From an uncultured Phycisphaerales bacterium (lineage in GTDB: Bacteria > Planctomycetota > Phycisphaerae > Tepidisphaerales > Tepidisphaeraceae): a stretch of DNA of 64,000 bases. Each line of letters begins with the position of its first letter. The first letter of the stretch is position 1. This document shows positions 54,550-64,000 of this stretch, in pieces. The stretch is taken from positions 4,064,001-4,128,000 of the forward strand of contig CAVWLP010000002.1 in the NCBI GenBank assembly GCA_963755915.1. The letters run 5' to 3'. The notes below the pieces were generated by a model, which made no database searches, was not told where the DNA came from, and was given only the letters and a program-made list of their open reading frames with translations. The translations under genes were made by a program, and so were the position numbers.

Positions 54550-57267
54550 TCAAACCCGCCGCACAATCACAATCGTCTGATCGTCGTCCGGCTCCAGTTT
54601 CGCTTGCCATTTCTGCACCGCTGAGCGAATCTTCGCGATAATCGCGTCAATCGGCTCCCCACGCGTATTATCGAGAATCTCTTTGATACGTTCGACCGTG
54701 AACATCTCCCCATTCGGCACATGCGCTTCAAAAATCCCGTCGCTGAAGACGATCAGCGATCCGCCTTTCTCGAGATACGCGGACGGAGCAGGCGGGTCCA
54801 TGAAGCATTCGTGCTGAATGCCCAGCGGCAGACCCGTGGAATCGATCATCACCATCTCCCCGGTGGGGGAGGCGCACCAATACATCGGCCCATGCCCGGC
54901 ACTCGACCAGTCCAGTGTTCCATCAGGACTCAGGAACCCCAGAAACGCCGTCACGAACCGGTTCGGCTCCAGATCATTCGCAAGCCGAGAATTCACCCGG
55001 TCCAGCAGCCCCTGCGGATGGTTTTCAAATTCGCACAGAGATCGGCAAAGCGTGCGAACCTGCGAGACGATCATCGCCGGCGCAAGCCCGTGTCCCGACG
55101 CATCCGCCAGAAGCACCGCCAGTCGTCCGTCCTTGAGTTGCCACAAGTCATAACAGTCGCCCCCCGTCACGCTGGCCGTCAGCGCCCACCCATCCGCTTC
55201 CAGCCCCACGATCGTCGGCGGCTTCCGCGGAATCAGCGCCATCTGCACGTTCCGCGCCAAATCCATCTCCTTGCTGATAACGGCCACTTCCAGCGCGATC
55301 CGATTGCGCTCGATTCCCTCGACGATCACGCGGTCCAGCGTCGCCCCGCCCCAGACCACGACCATCGCCACGCTCGGCGCCGCCAGGCCCACCAGCCATT
55401 TATCCCAGTCGAAGACGATGAAACCATTGATCAGCAGATACCCCAACAAAATCCCCGCGACAATCAGCGCCGCCCGCAGCGGTGGAAACCGCCCCTGAAT
55501 CGCCGCCGCCGACATCCCCAGCACAATTGTCAGCACAACCGTCACCCACGACGGCACAAACCTCCACCACCGGCTGTCCAGCACCGCGTTCACGATCACC
55601 CCATGAACGATCACGCCCGGGCACCGCTGAAAAATGCTCGTGCTCACCTGGTCCTGCAACCCGGTCGCCGTAAAACCGATCAGAACGCCTTTGCCCCCGA
55701 TCTGTTCGCCGAGCCATTGCCGCCGGTCCCGCAGTTGAATATCCAGTTGTGTGCTCTGCGCGATCGCCGGCCGCAACACCGCCAACGCGTCGTTCAGGCC
55801 AAGCTTCTGCTCCCGCTCATCGGCTGAGAGCTGCGACGTCGGCGTCTGCGCATATTGGTCCACCCACGGCTGGGCGTCGCTCAAAACCGTTTCCACCATC
55901 TTTTTCCGCGAAGCGACATCCATCGGATCCGGCAACGAAGCCGCATATTTTTTCGCAAGGTCCGGATCCATTCCCAGCTTGTCCAGGATGTCGGAAATCG
56001 CCTGATCGATCGTCGCACTGTTTCGAACGATTTTTGTCTCCGTCGAGCAAATATCCCACACCGCCGCCATGCTGATGTGCCGGTTGGACACGAGGTGAGC
56101 CGGCCAGTCATAAATCGTCTCCCAGTTCCGACCCCCGAACCAGGGAAGCGCCGCGATCAGCGACACATCGCGGCCAATGGCATTGGAATGGAGAATGTAA
56201 GAGGGAATTCGAATCTCCCCCGAAGAGCAGGGGATGACGATCGTTGTGCCCTCAAAACGTACCCGCTGGATATTGGCGCGGAGCATTTCACAGGCGATCG
56301 CCATCCCAAATTGCGGGAAGAGGCGATTGCCTTGCTGGATGAACATGGGCATGTAGCGGACGGTGGTCGTGTCGAAGATGTCAAAATTTGCGAAGGCGCA
56401 GTCCGCGGCGACGTTGCTGAACATGGCCATTGGAACAACGTTGAAGCTCCCGTGCGCGGGAGGGGGCGAGATGGATGGCATCAGCGCGCCAAACCGGAAA
56501 ACGGCCCGCTCCGCCGTCGCCGCCGCGTATTGCTGCAGAAAAAGCCGGTAGACCGGCGGATCCTCAGATGGATCAGTGTGCGGCAGAATTCGCTTTAAAA
56601 GCTGCGCCTCCGTCGCGGCCCCATCGGCGTCAAGCTCACGGTCTATCCGCTGTCTCATCGCGTCCCGCCGCGCCCGCAGATAAAGATCCTCCATCGACGC
56701 CCCTGCCGCAAACGCCGGATCCGAACGCGCCAGCTTCGCCGCGAAATCGCCTTGTGTCAGCTCCAAATCCGAGGCAAGCAGATTGACCGCCGGAGCGTTT
56801 TGCACCGTCCGCGCCCCGGGCGATTCCAGGAGGAACGAGGTTGCCAGCACGGTATTCCCGCACAGTTTCAGCGCATCCGCCAGTTCCGCGTCATGCTCGA
56901 TTTCGCTCAGTTTCCCGTCCGACCCCCGAATCAGTTCCGGCCTTTGCGGCTCGGAGAAAAAGATATCCAGCCCGATAGCGCTGGGAGCGGCGAAGTGAAT
57001 CTCATCGAGCATCCGCGCAAACGTCGCCCGCGGCCAGGGCCACCTCCCCAGCGCATCCGGTGAAACCGACGCATCATCGATATCCAGATGCACGATCCGA
57101 TCGCTCGGCGCCGGCTCGTCAAGCCGGCAATACGTCGCACGCTGATCGTAAAGCCAGTATTCCAGCGATTCGAGCAACCCCACCCACCACACCACCAAAA
57201 CCGCGGACGTAAGGATCGCCCCAATAATCAGGCTGCGAAGAAATATCCTGCGGGCTAAACCGGACAT
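54550..57267 (-). CDS. CHASE2 sensor fused to a PP2C/SpoIIE Ser/Thr phosphatase
   Basis: N-terminal TM, CHASE2 'IVHLDIDD.S...GRWPWPR..FA', 'PGV.VHG', three TMs, PP2C 'GGDCYD', 'ADASGHG', 'SAGH', 'FSDGIFE', 'DDQT'. Confidence 0.9.
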   Translation of the reverse strand: MSGLARRIFLRSLIIGAILTSAVLVVWWVGLLESLEYWLYDQRATYCRLDEPAPSDRIVHLDIDDASVSPDALGRWPWPRATFARMLDEIHFAAPSAIGLDIFFSEPQRPELIRGSDGKLSEIEHDAELADALKLCGNTVLATSFLLESPGARTVQNAPAVNLLASDLELTQGDFAAKLARSDPAFAAGASMEDLYLRARRDAMRQRIDRELDADGAATEAQLLKRILPHTDPSEDPPVYRLFLQQYAAATAERAVFRFGALMPSISPPPAHGSFNVVPMAMFSNVAADCAFANFDIFDTTTVRYMPMFIQQGNRLFPQFGMAIACEMLRANIQRVRFEGTTIVIPCSSGEIRIPSYILHSNAIGRDVSLIAALPWFGGRNWETIYDWPAHLVSNRHISMAAVWDICSTETKIVRNSATIDQAISDILDKLGMDPDLAKKYAASLPDPMDVASRKKMVETVLSDAQPWVDQYAQTPTSQLSADEREQKLGLNDALAVLRPAIAQSTQLDIQLRDRRQWLGEQIGGKGVLIGFTATGLQDQVSTSIFQRCPGVIVHGVIVNAVLDSRWWRFVPSWVTVVLTIVLGMSAAAIQGRFPPLRAALIVAGILLGYLLINGFIVFDWDKWLVGLAAPSVAMVVVWGGATLDRVIVEGIERNRIALEVAVISKEMDLARNVQMALIPRKPPTIVGLEADGWALTASVTGGDCYDLWQLKDGRLAVLLADASGHGLAPAMIVSQVRTLCRSLCEFENHPQGLLDRVNSRLANDLEPNRFVTAFLGFLSPDGTLDWSSAGHGPMYWCASPTGEMVMIDSTGLPLGIQHECFMDPPAPSAYLEKGGSLIVFSDGIFEAHVPNGEMFTVERIKEILDNTRGEPIDAIIAKIRSAVQKWQAKLEPDDDQTIVIVRRV

Positions 57268-57484
57268 GCGGTGTGAGGCTGAAGACTAAGGAGTTAAAGA
57301 TTAGAGGGTGGTGGCCCATTTTTCCAGTTTTTGTTGGTTCGGGGAAGCCTGCACATTTTTTCAAGCCACACGCGATTGCCCTTAACCACGGATTTCACGG
57401 ATTGCGCGGATAATAAAAAAGATAGACTTCTCTGCGCTCTGGGCGTGCTGCGCGGTGAACATTTCCGCCTCGGTTCCCACGCGC

Positions 57485-57523
57485 AAAATAAAAGGCCGCG
57501 ATGCTGGTTAGCGCATCGCGGCC
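57485..57523 (-). terminator. Rho-independent terminator of the PEP-CTERM gene
   Basis: 11-bp stem ggccgcgatgc/gcatcgcggcc with an 8-nt loop, followed on the minus strand by TTTTATTTT, about 35 bp past the stop codon. Confidence 0.8.
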
Positions 57524-57558
57524 GCGTCTTGAGAGAGAGTAAAGATCGTGGAACTTTA

Positions 57559-58362
57559 TTACCGCGCCGCTCGACGCTTCAGCAGCAGCAGCGAAGGAAT
57601 TCCCAGCAGCATCGCCGACGTCGGCTCGGGAACATAGGAAGTGGTGAACGTACCGTTGTCGTCAGTAGTCGTGTCCGTGTTTCCGTTCCCGTCCGAGATC
57701 GTCAGGGCTCCGTCGGCCCCGCCGGAGGCGCTATACAGGTCCGGAACGATAACCGGGTTCCCGGTCAGCGGTACCAGGTTCAGCTCGAAGAAATCCTGGT
57801 CACAGGTGACGGGTTTCGGCTCCGTCGCGGTTTTGTCGCTGGCGATCAGGTAGTAGTTGATGTCGTCCACCTGCCCCGTCTCCATCAATTGATCCGGGCT
57901 TCCAACGTCGGTGATCGTGTCCGCCTCACCGTTGCCCGGCGTCTGTTGCACCAGGATGTAGCTCCCGCGGTTGACCCCGTCCGAATCCAGGCACATGACT
58001 TCAAAACTGCTTACTCCAAACGGATCGACTCCGTCCACGCTGAACCCCAGCCCCAGCGGGGCGCTCGGATCCCCTGCCACCGTGGTCGCGAGGTAGAACG
58101 AGTTAGGATCAAACGTATTATCCAGCACGCCCGAAACCGGATAGAAGTCGCTGAGCGTTTCCCCTTCCGGTATATCCGCCGGCGCGTTCGACGGCGTTAT
58201 CACCGGGTCCGTCTCCAGCTTCCAGGTATTGGCGGCCGTCTTTGCAAGTCCGACACTAGTGTTCACCTCGTGAAGCTCGACCTCCAATGCCGCCTGCGCG
58301 GCCGAACCGAGAAAAAAGCAAGATATAACAATAACTGCCCCCATCCGAGATACGAATCGCAT
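57559..58362 (-). CDS. PEP-CTERM sorting-domain surface protein
   Basis: Signal peptide; acidic body; C-terminal 'VPEPTSAMLLGIPSLLLLKRRAAR'. Confidence 0.9.
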   Translation of the reverse strand: MRFVSRMGAVIVISCFFLGSAAQAALEVELHEVNTSVGLAKTAANTWKLETDPVITPSNAPADIPEGETLSDFYPVSGVLDNTFDPNSFYLATTVAGDPSAPLGLGFSVDGVDPFGVSSFEVMCLDSDGVNRGSYILVQQTPGNGEADTITDVGSPDQLMETGQVDDINYYLIASDKTATEPKPVTCDQDFFELNLVPLTGNPVIVPDLYSASGGADGALTISDGNGNTDTTTDDNGTFTTSYVPEPTSAMLLGIPSLLLLKRRAAR

Positions 58363-58888
58363 TGTGCTCTCCCAAGACGTTCAACACACACAAGTCCACA
58401 CCGAACAAGAGTTAATCTACGGGAGAACCCAGGGCGAGCAAGAACAAACTCAACAAAATTTACGGAATTTTGCTTCGTCGTTTACGTCACATCGCTGCTA
58501 GAAAAACGACGACATCCGCCGGCATTGAGAAAGGATGCACTTTCGCTCCAAATCGAAATGACTAGCAACCCCGGACAGCAATATTGTTGAATTGGGCGCG
58601 GTCGAGCCCCCAAAGCTCATCCCACCGCCCGCTTCGCTGGAGAACGCGGAGAAAATTCAAAAGCGTTTCGCGCCGAGCCGCCCAGGCGCGGAGAGAGCCA
58701 GGATTCAAGATTCCTCTCTGTCCACCGGTGGGTCAGTTTGATCCCCGAACGCCCACGGACTTCGGTGAGCTCAGTCGAACCGCGCCGCCGTGGGGAATTG
58801 AAAAGTCGCTACCGCGCCTCCGCGCAAACCAGCGTTTCATCAAAGCTAAATTCTTATCTTCCGCGTGCTCCGCGGTGAACAATCCGCC

Positions 58889-60263
58889 CTAGCGCCGAGC
58901 CGACCGCAACCCGATCGCCAGCGCATGTGCCGCCGGAACCAGCGAAGCGTTCACTCCCGGTGGATTGATCCCCGGATTCGGATTACCCGCAGGATCATCC
59001 GGCGTGATCTCATCAAGAATCGGCTGGTCCGGAATCGCCGCCAGCGACCCATAAAACTGGCCAGGCCCAATCGTCCGCGTTTCCTGCGTGCTCTTGATCA
59101 GCGTCACCCCATCGCTCGCGAAATAAAACATCTCGACCGGCTGGCCATTGTCATAAACGTCGAACGTGAACGACGTCGGAACGCCTGAGATAAACTGCGC
59201 CCCGATGCCATACAAACCGTTCGGATGAGACCCAAGCCAATACGCGACTTCCTCGCCCCCAGACGGCCCACCGAGATCCTCATACGGGATATGCCCGCCG
59301 CTCGGCGAATTCTGTAGCCCATATCCTGGGTAAAGGAACTCAACCTTCTGGAATCCATTGAGAATATTCTGCAGCGGATCGCCCGGATCGACGCCCACCT
59401 CCAGGGCAAGCTCCGCATCCCCGGTCCAGCGAAGGACGAAATCGAGCGTGCCCGGCACTGATGCCGGAAGTTCCGAATCGTAAGACGGCCGCCCGCCCGA
59501 AACCGTTGTGATTCCCGCGACCGGGTTGTATCCGATCACCGCCCCGCGCGCCACTTCCGTCTGAAGCAGCGATTGATCGGTCGCATCGAGTGAAGCCGCA
59601 TACTTCGGATCGACCACCGAGTCGTCATACGCCGTCTGCGCGCCCCATCCGTTCCACCATTCGCCTTGACGTACGTTCCCCCTTTGCTGCCCACCGAAAC
59701 CGTGTGATGGTAATTCGTAAATCGCGCCCGGCCCGTGTAGCTGATCGCATACGGCGTAAACGGCGCCTGGTCGTACAACACCACATTCGTCCCGCGCACC
59801 GCCAGCGTGCTGCTCGGGCTTGTAATCGTCGATTCGTGTTCCAGTCCCGCACTCTCAATATCGTAATGCGTCCGCCCGTACGGCATGATCAGATGAGTCG
59901 TAACTTTATTTCCCTCGCGCAGCGCGTCCTGCACCCGGATCGTCCCCAGCCGGTCCAGCGTGAACGTCTGGTCCGGCGGAATCACGCAAGTGATCGCGCT
60001 ATGAGGACCCGTTCGCAACTCCGCCCCCTCGGAAAGAACCATCTGCGGGCGAGCCACAATCCACGGCTGATCGTCGGCCGTGCGAATCTGCACCAATCCC
60101 TTTACTGCAACCACGGTAAGCTCCATCGGCCCATTCCCCCCGGCTGCGAAGCCGCCGGAGATGTAGCCGCGGAATCATCGGCACGCGTATATCCAGCGAA
60201 GCCCAGCGAAACGCACGCGGCAATCAGAAGAGCTCTACCGAAACCGAAGCGATTGGGTGACAT
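58889..60263 (-). CDS. Secreted FecR-domain protein with YfaP-like C-terminal domain (frameshifts ~60130, ~59640)
   Basis: Signal peptide from ATG 60263; FecR-like 'VVAVKGLVQIR..W...L.EG.ELRTGPHS...TITSPSSTLAVRGT'; C-terminal 'LRWTGDAEL.LEV...GGEEVAYW...PNGLY'. Confidence 0.7.
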
Positions 60264-60298
60264 GCAAACCTTCCTTCCACATCCCCCATGGATTTGAC

Positions 60299-60850
60299 CT
60301 ATTTAATATATACGTCGGCTGCCACGGGTTGTTGGAAATCATCCATTTTTCCGATGACCCCCACAAATTCCGTCCCGCTGAAGGTTTGCTGCGGGCTGCT
60401 GGGCGGATAAATCCCCATATACACCAGCTCCCGCACCGCATATCTCGGCACAGGGCCGAAGATGTGCATCACCCACCCCCCCTTGATGTCCAGTACCTTG
60501 CAAATAATGACCGCCAGGTCACCTCTGCGGATCGCGTCGTCCGCCGTATGATCAAAGCCGCTGTAAAGCAGTTCCCGCGCCTTAAGTGTCGCCACCCGCT
60601 TGTCATACGTCCCCGCATCGTCGCGCCCATCCGTGTACAGCAGAATCGCATGAAACGCGTCGTCATTGCTGGTCAGCCGGCGGTTCGCCAGCTCGTGCCA
60701 GAAATTCATCTGCGAATCCGCGTCGTTTCCCGAATACTGCGCCAGTACTGGATTATGGACATGCGCCGTCTGGCACCCCGTGCAAAAAAGCGCCAGCGCA
60801 CACAAAGCAAGCGCCCCACATCCGAAGGAAATGGTTGGTTTAGAATGCAA
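60299..60850 (-). CDS. Putative lipoprotein
   Basis: Hydrophobic stretch ending in lipobox 'FCTGC'; SLH-like 'DDAIRRGDLAVII'. Start approximate (TTG 60850), overlapping the upstream gene end. Confidence 0.65.
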   Translation of the reverse strand: MHSKPTISFGCGALALCALALFCTGCQTAHVHNPVLAQYSGNDADSQMNFWHELANRRLTSNDDAFHAILLYTDGRDDAGTYDKRVATLKARELLYSGFDHTADDAIRRGDLAVIICKVLDIKGGWVMHIFGPVPRYAVRELVYMGIYPPSSPQQTFSGTEFVGVIGKMDDFQQPVAADVYIK

Positions 60851-62303
60851 AGACCGCTCCAGTATAAACAAACTGCCGAGCTTCGTCGTCGGCAAACGCC
60901 TTTGAGTTCGGCATGAACACGCCGTACCGGAACGTCAGCGTGATGTCGCTGGCGATTTCGTAGTTAATGTAAAAATCCGGCTCCCACCCAAGATACGTCA
61001 CATTGTTCGTCGGCTCATCGATCGGGGCCTGCGCACTGGTCTTGTTAAACCAGTAAACGTCCATCCCCACCTGCAACTTGCGAAACGTATCAACCTGCGC
61101 CAGCGGAAACGTCGAAGCCCCCACTCGCATAACAGCCAGATTCGACACCGGCGCCCCAAACGCCAGCCCCGTCGATACCAGCCCAAATCCGTTAAACGCC
61201 CGATCGGCCGTAAATGGGGCGATGCCATTGAATGTCGTGTTCGTCAGCCCCCGATTCGGGTCCCCCGTCGCCACGATCCCTTCCAGCGAGATTCGGCTGT
61301 TATGCTCGTCCTGCGCCAGGTAATCCAGCTTCGCATCCCCCGCCCACGCATCGATGTTGTCTTTGAACTGCTCCAACTGGACAAGCTGAAACCCCTGCAC
61401 CTGCGAGCTGTTAGACAGCGTATTCCCGCATTCAAAATCCCCTTCGACGCCGTAGCGAAGATGGTCGCTCAGTGTGCCCGTCGATCCGAACCCGATGTAA
61501 TCGCTGTTATACGCGTAGCGGGTGGCGATCCCGCCGACGACGGAAAGGTTCGAACTGTTGTTGTCGCGCTGCACGATTCCGAAGACGTAGGGGTGATTGG
61601 ACCCGACGGTGGCACTCAGCATGCCCCCGTAGAAGTAGCGCTTGGTGTTATAGTCGTATCCCGGTCGGTCAACCATGATATCGACGGTGCGAAGAGGCGT
61701 GATGCCCGCCACGGTCGAAAGCGTCAGCGGCCCCCACGAAAATGTGGGGGTGATCCCATCCACCACCTCCGCCATCGCCAGCCCGTTCCCCCAATAAACC
61801 AGGTTGCGCCCCCCTTCAAAATTCACGTCGTAATTAACCGTCTTTCCGTCGTACGACTCCAGATATTTCGCCAGGTCGAACCGGTAATACGCTCGATCAA
61901 AATCCGGGTCTATCAGTCGGCTCCCGAACCCGTCAAAGCTCCCGCCCGGATTGTACTGGTTATATTCCGTGCTCACGCGCATGAAGATTTCGTTGGCCGC
62001 ATCCAGATTAACCCGCAGATATCCCACCAACTGATACTGCCACAGCGTGTGATTGACGTTGTTCTCATCATCCACCGAGTAATACTGCGGCGAGAAATAC
62101 CCCCCATAATCGATCAACATCCGCTGATCCGGCGGAATCTCCGTGTTCGCCAAAAATCGGCTATCCAATTCGATTTCCTGGAGCTGCTGCATCTGCTGCT
62201 GGAGCTGCACCTGCCGCGGCGAAACATTCTGCGCAAAGGCTGTGGGGAGAGCGATAAACAGGGCCATCAGGCCCGGCAATAAGATTGATTTCCGCACCGG
62301 CAC
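60840..62303 (-). CDS. Outer-membrane beta-barrel protein (alginate-export-like)
   Basis: Signal peptide, alternating aromatic beta-strands, 'ATGD', 'LGWEPDFYINY', terminal 'YTGAVFAF' with C-terminal Phe. Confidence 0.75.
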   Translation of the reverse strand: MPVRKSILLPGLMALFIALPTAFAQNVSPRQVQLQQQMQQLQEIELDSRFLANTEIPPDQRMLIDYGGYFSPQYYSVDDENNVNHTLWQYQLVGYLRVNLDAANEIFMRVSTEYNQYNPGGSFDGFGSRLIDPDFDRAYYRFDLAKYLESYDGKTVNYDVNFEGGRNLVYWGNGLAMAEVVDGITPTFSWGPLTLSTVAGITPLRTVDIMVDRPGYDYNTKRYFYGGMLSATVGSNHPYVFGIVQRDNNSSNLSVVGGIATRYAYNSDYIGFGSTGTLSDHLRYGVEGDFECGNTLSNSSQVQGFQLVQLEQFKDNIDAWAGDAKLDYLAQDEHNSRISLEGIVATGDPNRGLTNTTFNGIAPFTADRAFNGFGLVSTGLAFGAPVSNLAVMRVGASTFPLAQVDTFRKLQVGMDVYWFNKTSAQAPIDEPTNNVTYLGWEPDFYINYEIASDITLTFRYGVFMPNSKAFADDEARQFVYTGAVFAF

Positions 62304-62498
62304 ATCCTCGCGATGTAGAGTGACCGTACAAAGTGAGCGGGAAAACCCGCAGCCCGGTCAGTCTTCAGCCCCTGAAAAACGGCAGTACCTCGGCAAGATA
62401 TCCATATAGTGGAATTCATTGCAAGTTCATGTGGCGCAAGTGTCAGGCGTCGCAAACGAACCACTCGGTTATGATGGTCCGGCAATCGAGACGATCGG

Positions 62499-64000
62499 AT
62501 GGAAACCCCCATCGAACCAACACTGAAATTGGCCATCCAGCACCACAAGGCCGGCCGTCTGGCCGAGGCCGAGAGGCTCTACCGCCACATTCTCGCCCAG
62601 AACCCCAATCACCCCGAAGCCCTGAACCTCCTCGGCGTCATCGCCCAGCAGGTTGGCCAGGTCGACGCGGCCATTCAGCTTTACCAACAGTCAATTCGCG
62701 CCCATCCAACAGCGGCGTGTTTCATCAACCTGGGCGTCGCCCTCTTCTCAACCGGCAAGACGTCCGACGCCATCGCCGCCTATCGCGAGGCCCTCCGCCT
62801 CGAACCGGCAATGGCCGTGGCCCATAACAATCTCTCTATTGCGCTTTGCCAATCCGGCCAGGCCCAGGAAGCCACTGCTGAAGCACGCGAGGCCATTCGC
62901 CTCGATCCACATTACCCTGAAGCGTTCAACAGTCTCGGCAACGCGCTGGAGGAAACCGGCTCCCTCGACGAAGCGATAGCGGCCTATGGTAAGGCGGTCG
63001 AATTACGTCCGGACTACGCCGCGGCACATTGCAATCTAGGTAGCCCATGCAAAGCCGTCGGATTGCTCGACGCCGCGATTGCGGAGTTCCAGGCCGCCAT
63101 CCGAATCGAGCCGCACGTTTCTGGATATCACCATAATTTTCTAAACACCATCCATTTCCACCCGGATTACAGCGCCGGGCAGATTTTGGACGAATGCAGA
63201 AAATGGGCCCGGCAATCTGAAGAGCCGCTGGCGAAGCAGATCGAGCCCTGGACCAATGATCGCTCGCTCAGCCGTCCCCTGCGCATTGGTTATGTCTCCG
63301 CCGATCTTCACGGCAAACATCCCATCGGGCGGATCGTAAATCCGATCTTCGCTTCTCATAACAAACAGGATTTCGAGATTTTTTGCTATTCCGTTGCTTA
63401 CAGAACCGACGAGACAACCGCGAAAATCAAATCATCAGTCATGGCCTGGCGCGACGCGACCGCAATGACCGATGCGCAACTGGCCGGAATGATCCGCCAG
63501 GACCGCATCGATGTCCTGGTGGATTTGTCCCTGCACACGCTGGGAAACCGCCTGCTGGTCTTCGCCCGCCGGCCCGCCCCGGTGCAGGCAACGTGGCTCG
63601 GCTATCCTGGCACCACCGGCCTCAGTTCAATCCAATATCGCCTCACCGATCCCATCCTCGATCCCCCCTTAGATCTCCCCGGATCCGGCGACGAACTGTA
63701 CGCCGAAAAATCCCTCCGCCTCCCGCACTCCTTCTGGTGCTACGCCCCAGCCGGCGAAAACGAACCCATAAATCCCTTGCCGGCCCTCGATGCCGGCTCT
63801 ATCACCTTCGGCTGCTTCAGCAGTTTCGCCAAGGTCACCAAACCCACGATCGCCCTCTGGATCGAAACGCTGAGCGCCGTCCCAAACAGCCGCTTCCTGA
63901 TCCTCTGCCCGCGCGGCAACCACCGCCAGCGACTCCTGAAAACCTTCGCCTCGAGCGGCATTTCCCCCGACCGTGTCGAACTCATCGATTCCGCGCCGCT
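62499..64000 (+). CDS. TPR protein with SPINDLY-like GT41 O-glycosyltransferase domain (partial, runs off window end)
   Basis: Read manually from ATG 62499: 'METPIEPTLKLAIQHHKAGRLAEAERLYR...PNHPEALNLLG' TPRs, 'LRIGYVSAD', 'IDVLVDLSLHT', 'PAPVQATWLGYPGTTG', 'TFGCF..FAK'. Missing from the ORF track because there is no stop in the window. Confidence 0.9.
   Translation, partial: METPIEPTLKLAIQHHKAGRLAEAERLYRHILAQNPNHPEALNLLGVIAQQVGQVDAAIQLYQQSIRAHPTAACFINLGVALFSTGKTSDAIAAYREALRLEPAMAVAHNNLSIALCQSGQAQEATAEAREAIRLDPHYPEAFNSLGNALEETGSLDEAIAAYGKAVELRPDYAAAHCNLGSPCKAVGLLDAAIAEFQAAIRIEPHVSGYHHNFLNTIHFHPDYSAGQILDECRKWARQSEEPLAKQIEPWTNDRSLSRPLRIGYVSADLHGKHPIGRIVNPIFASHNKQDFEIFCYSVAYRTDETTAKIKSSVMAWRDATAMTDAQLAGMIRQDRIDVLVDLSLHTLGNRLLVFARRPAPVQATWLGYPGTTGLSSIQYRLTDPILDPPLDLPGSGDELYAEKSLRLPHSFWCYAPAGENEPINPLPALDAGSITFGCFSSFAKVTKPTIALWIETLSAVPNSRFLILCPRGNHRQRLLKTFASSGISPDRVELIDSAP

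Noticed and set aside
1067-62282. Long antisense ORFs (e.g. 1067..2656, 4175..5977, 22917..24680, 34712..36544, 57331..58590)
   Set aside because: These are shadow ORFs opposite well-supported genes in high-GC DNA and have no recognisable motifs.

Overview
High-GC bacterial DNA, most likely a planctomycete of the Phycisphaerae/Tepidisphaerales type (PEP-CTERM proteins, 'ATQP'-like motifs in secreted proteins, no susC/susD). About 20-25 single-base frameshifts split otherwise intact genes, which looks like uncorrected long-read error. Positions 1 to ~45 kb form one large pectin locus resembling a rhamnogalacturonan-II (RG-II) degradation system: GH127 aceric-acid-hydrolase-like, GH142-like, GH138, GH140-like, two GH2, two GH78, GH95-like/DUF5703, GH28, two PL1, DUF3826, DUF6298, an esterase and an MFS transporter. 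Two branched-sugar catabolic modules are embedded in it. The first is an AraC-linked isomerase/split transketolase/FGGY kinase operon (apiose-type). The second is a RuBisCO-like protein/DUF1537 kinase/atypical racemase/GH2/Gfo-Idh-MocA operon with no apionate oxidoisomerase in the window. The right part holds glgP, a GH62, an APC (KimA-like) transporter, a PAS-GGDEF-EAL protein, a putative trans-envelope signalling cluster (OM beta-barrel, lipoprotein, FecR, PEP-CTERM, CHASE2-PP2C) and a truncated SPINDLY-like TPR/GT41. Two pairs of GTAG-hairpin (REP-like) direct repeats each bracket a single gene. I found no rRNA, tRNA, CRISPR or transposase. All family calls come from motif recognition, not database searches.
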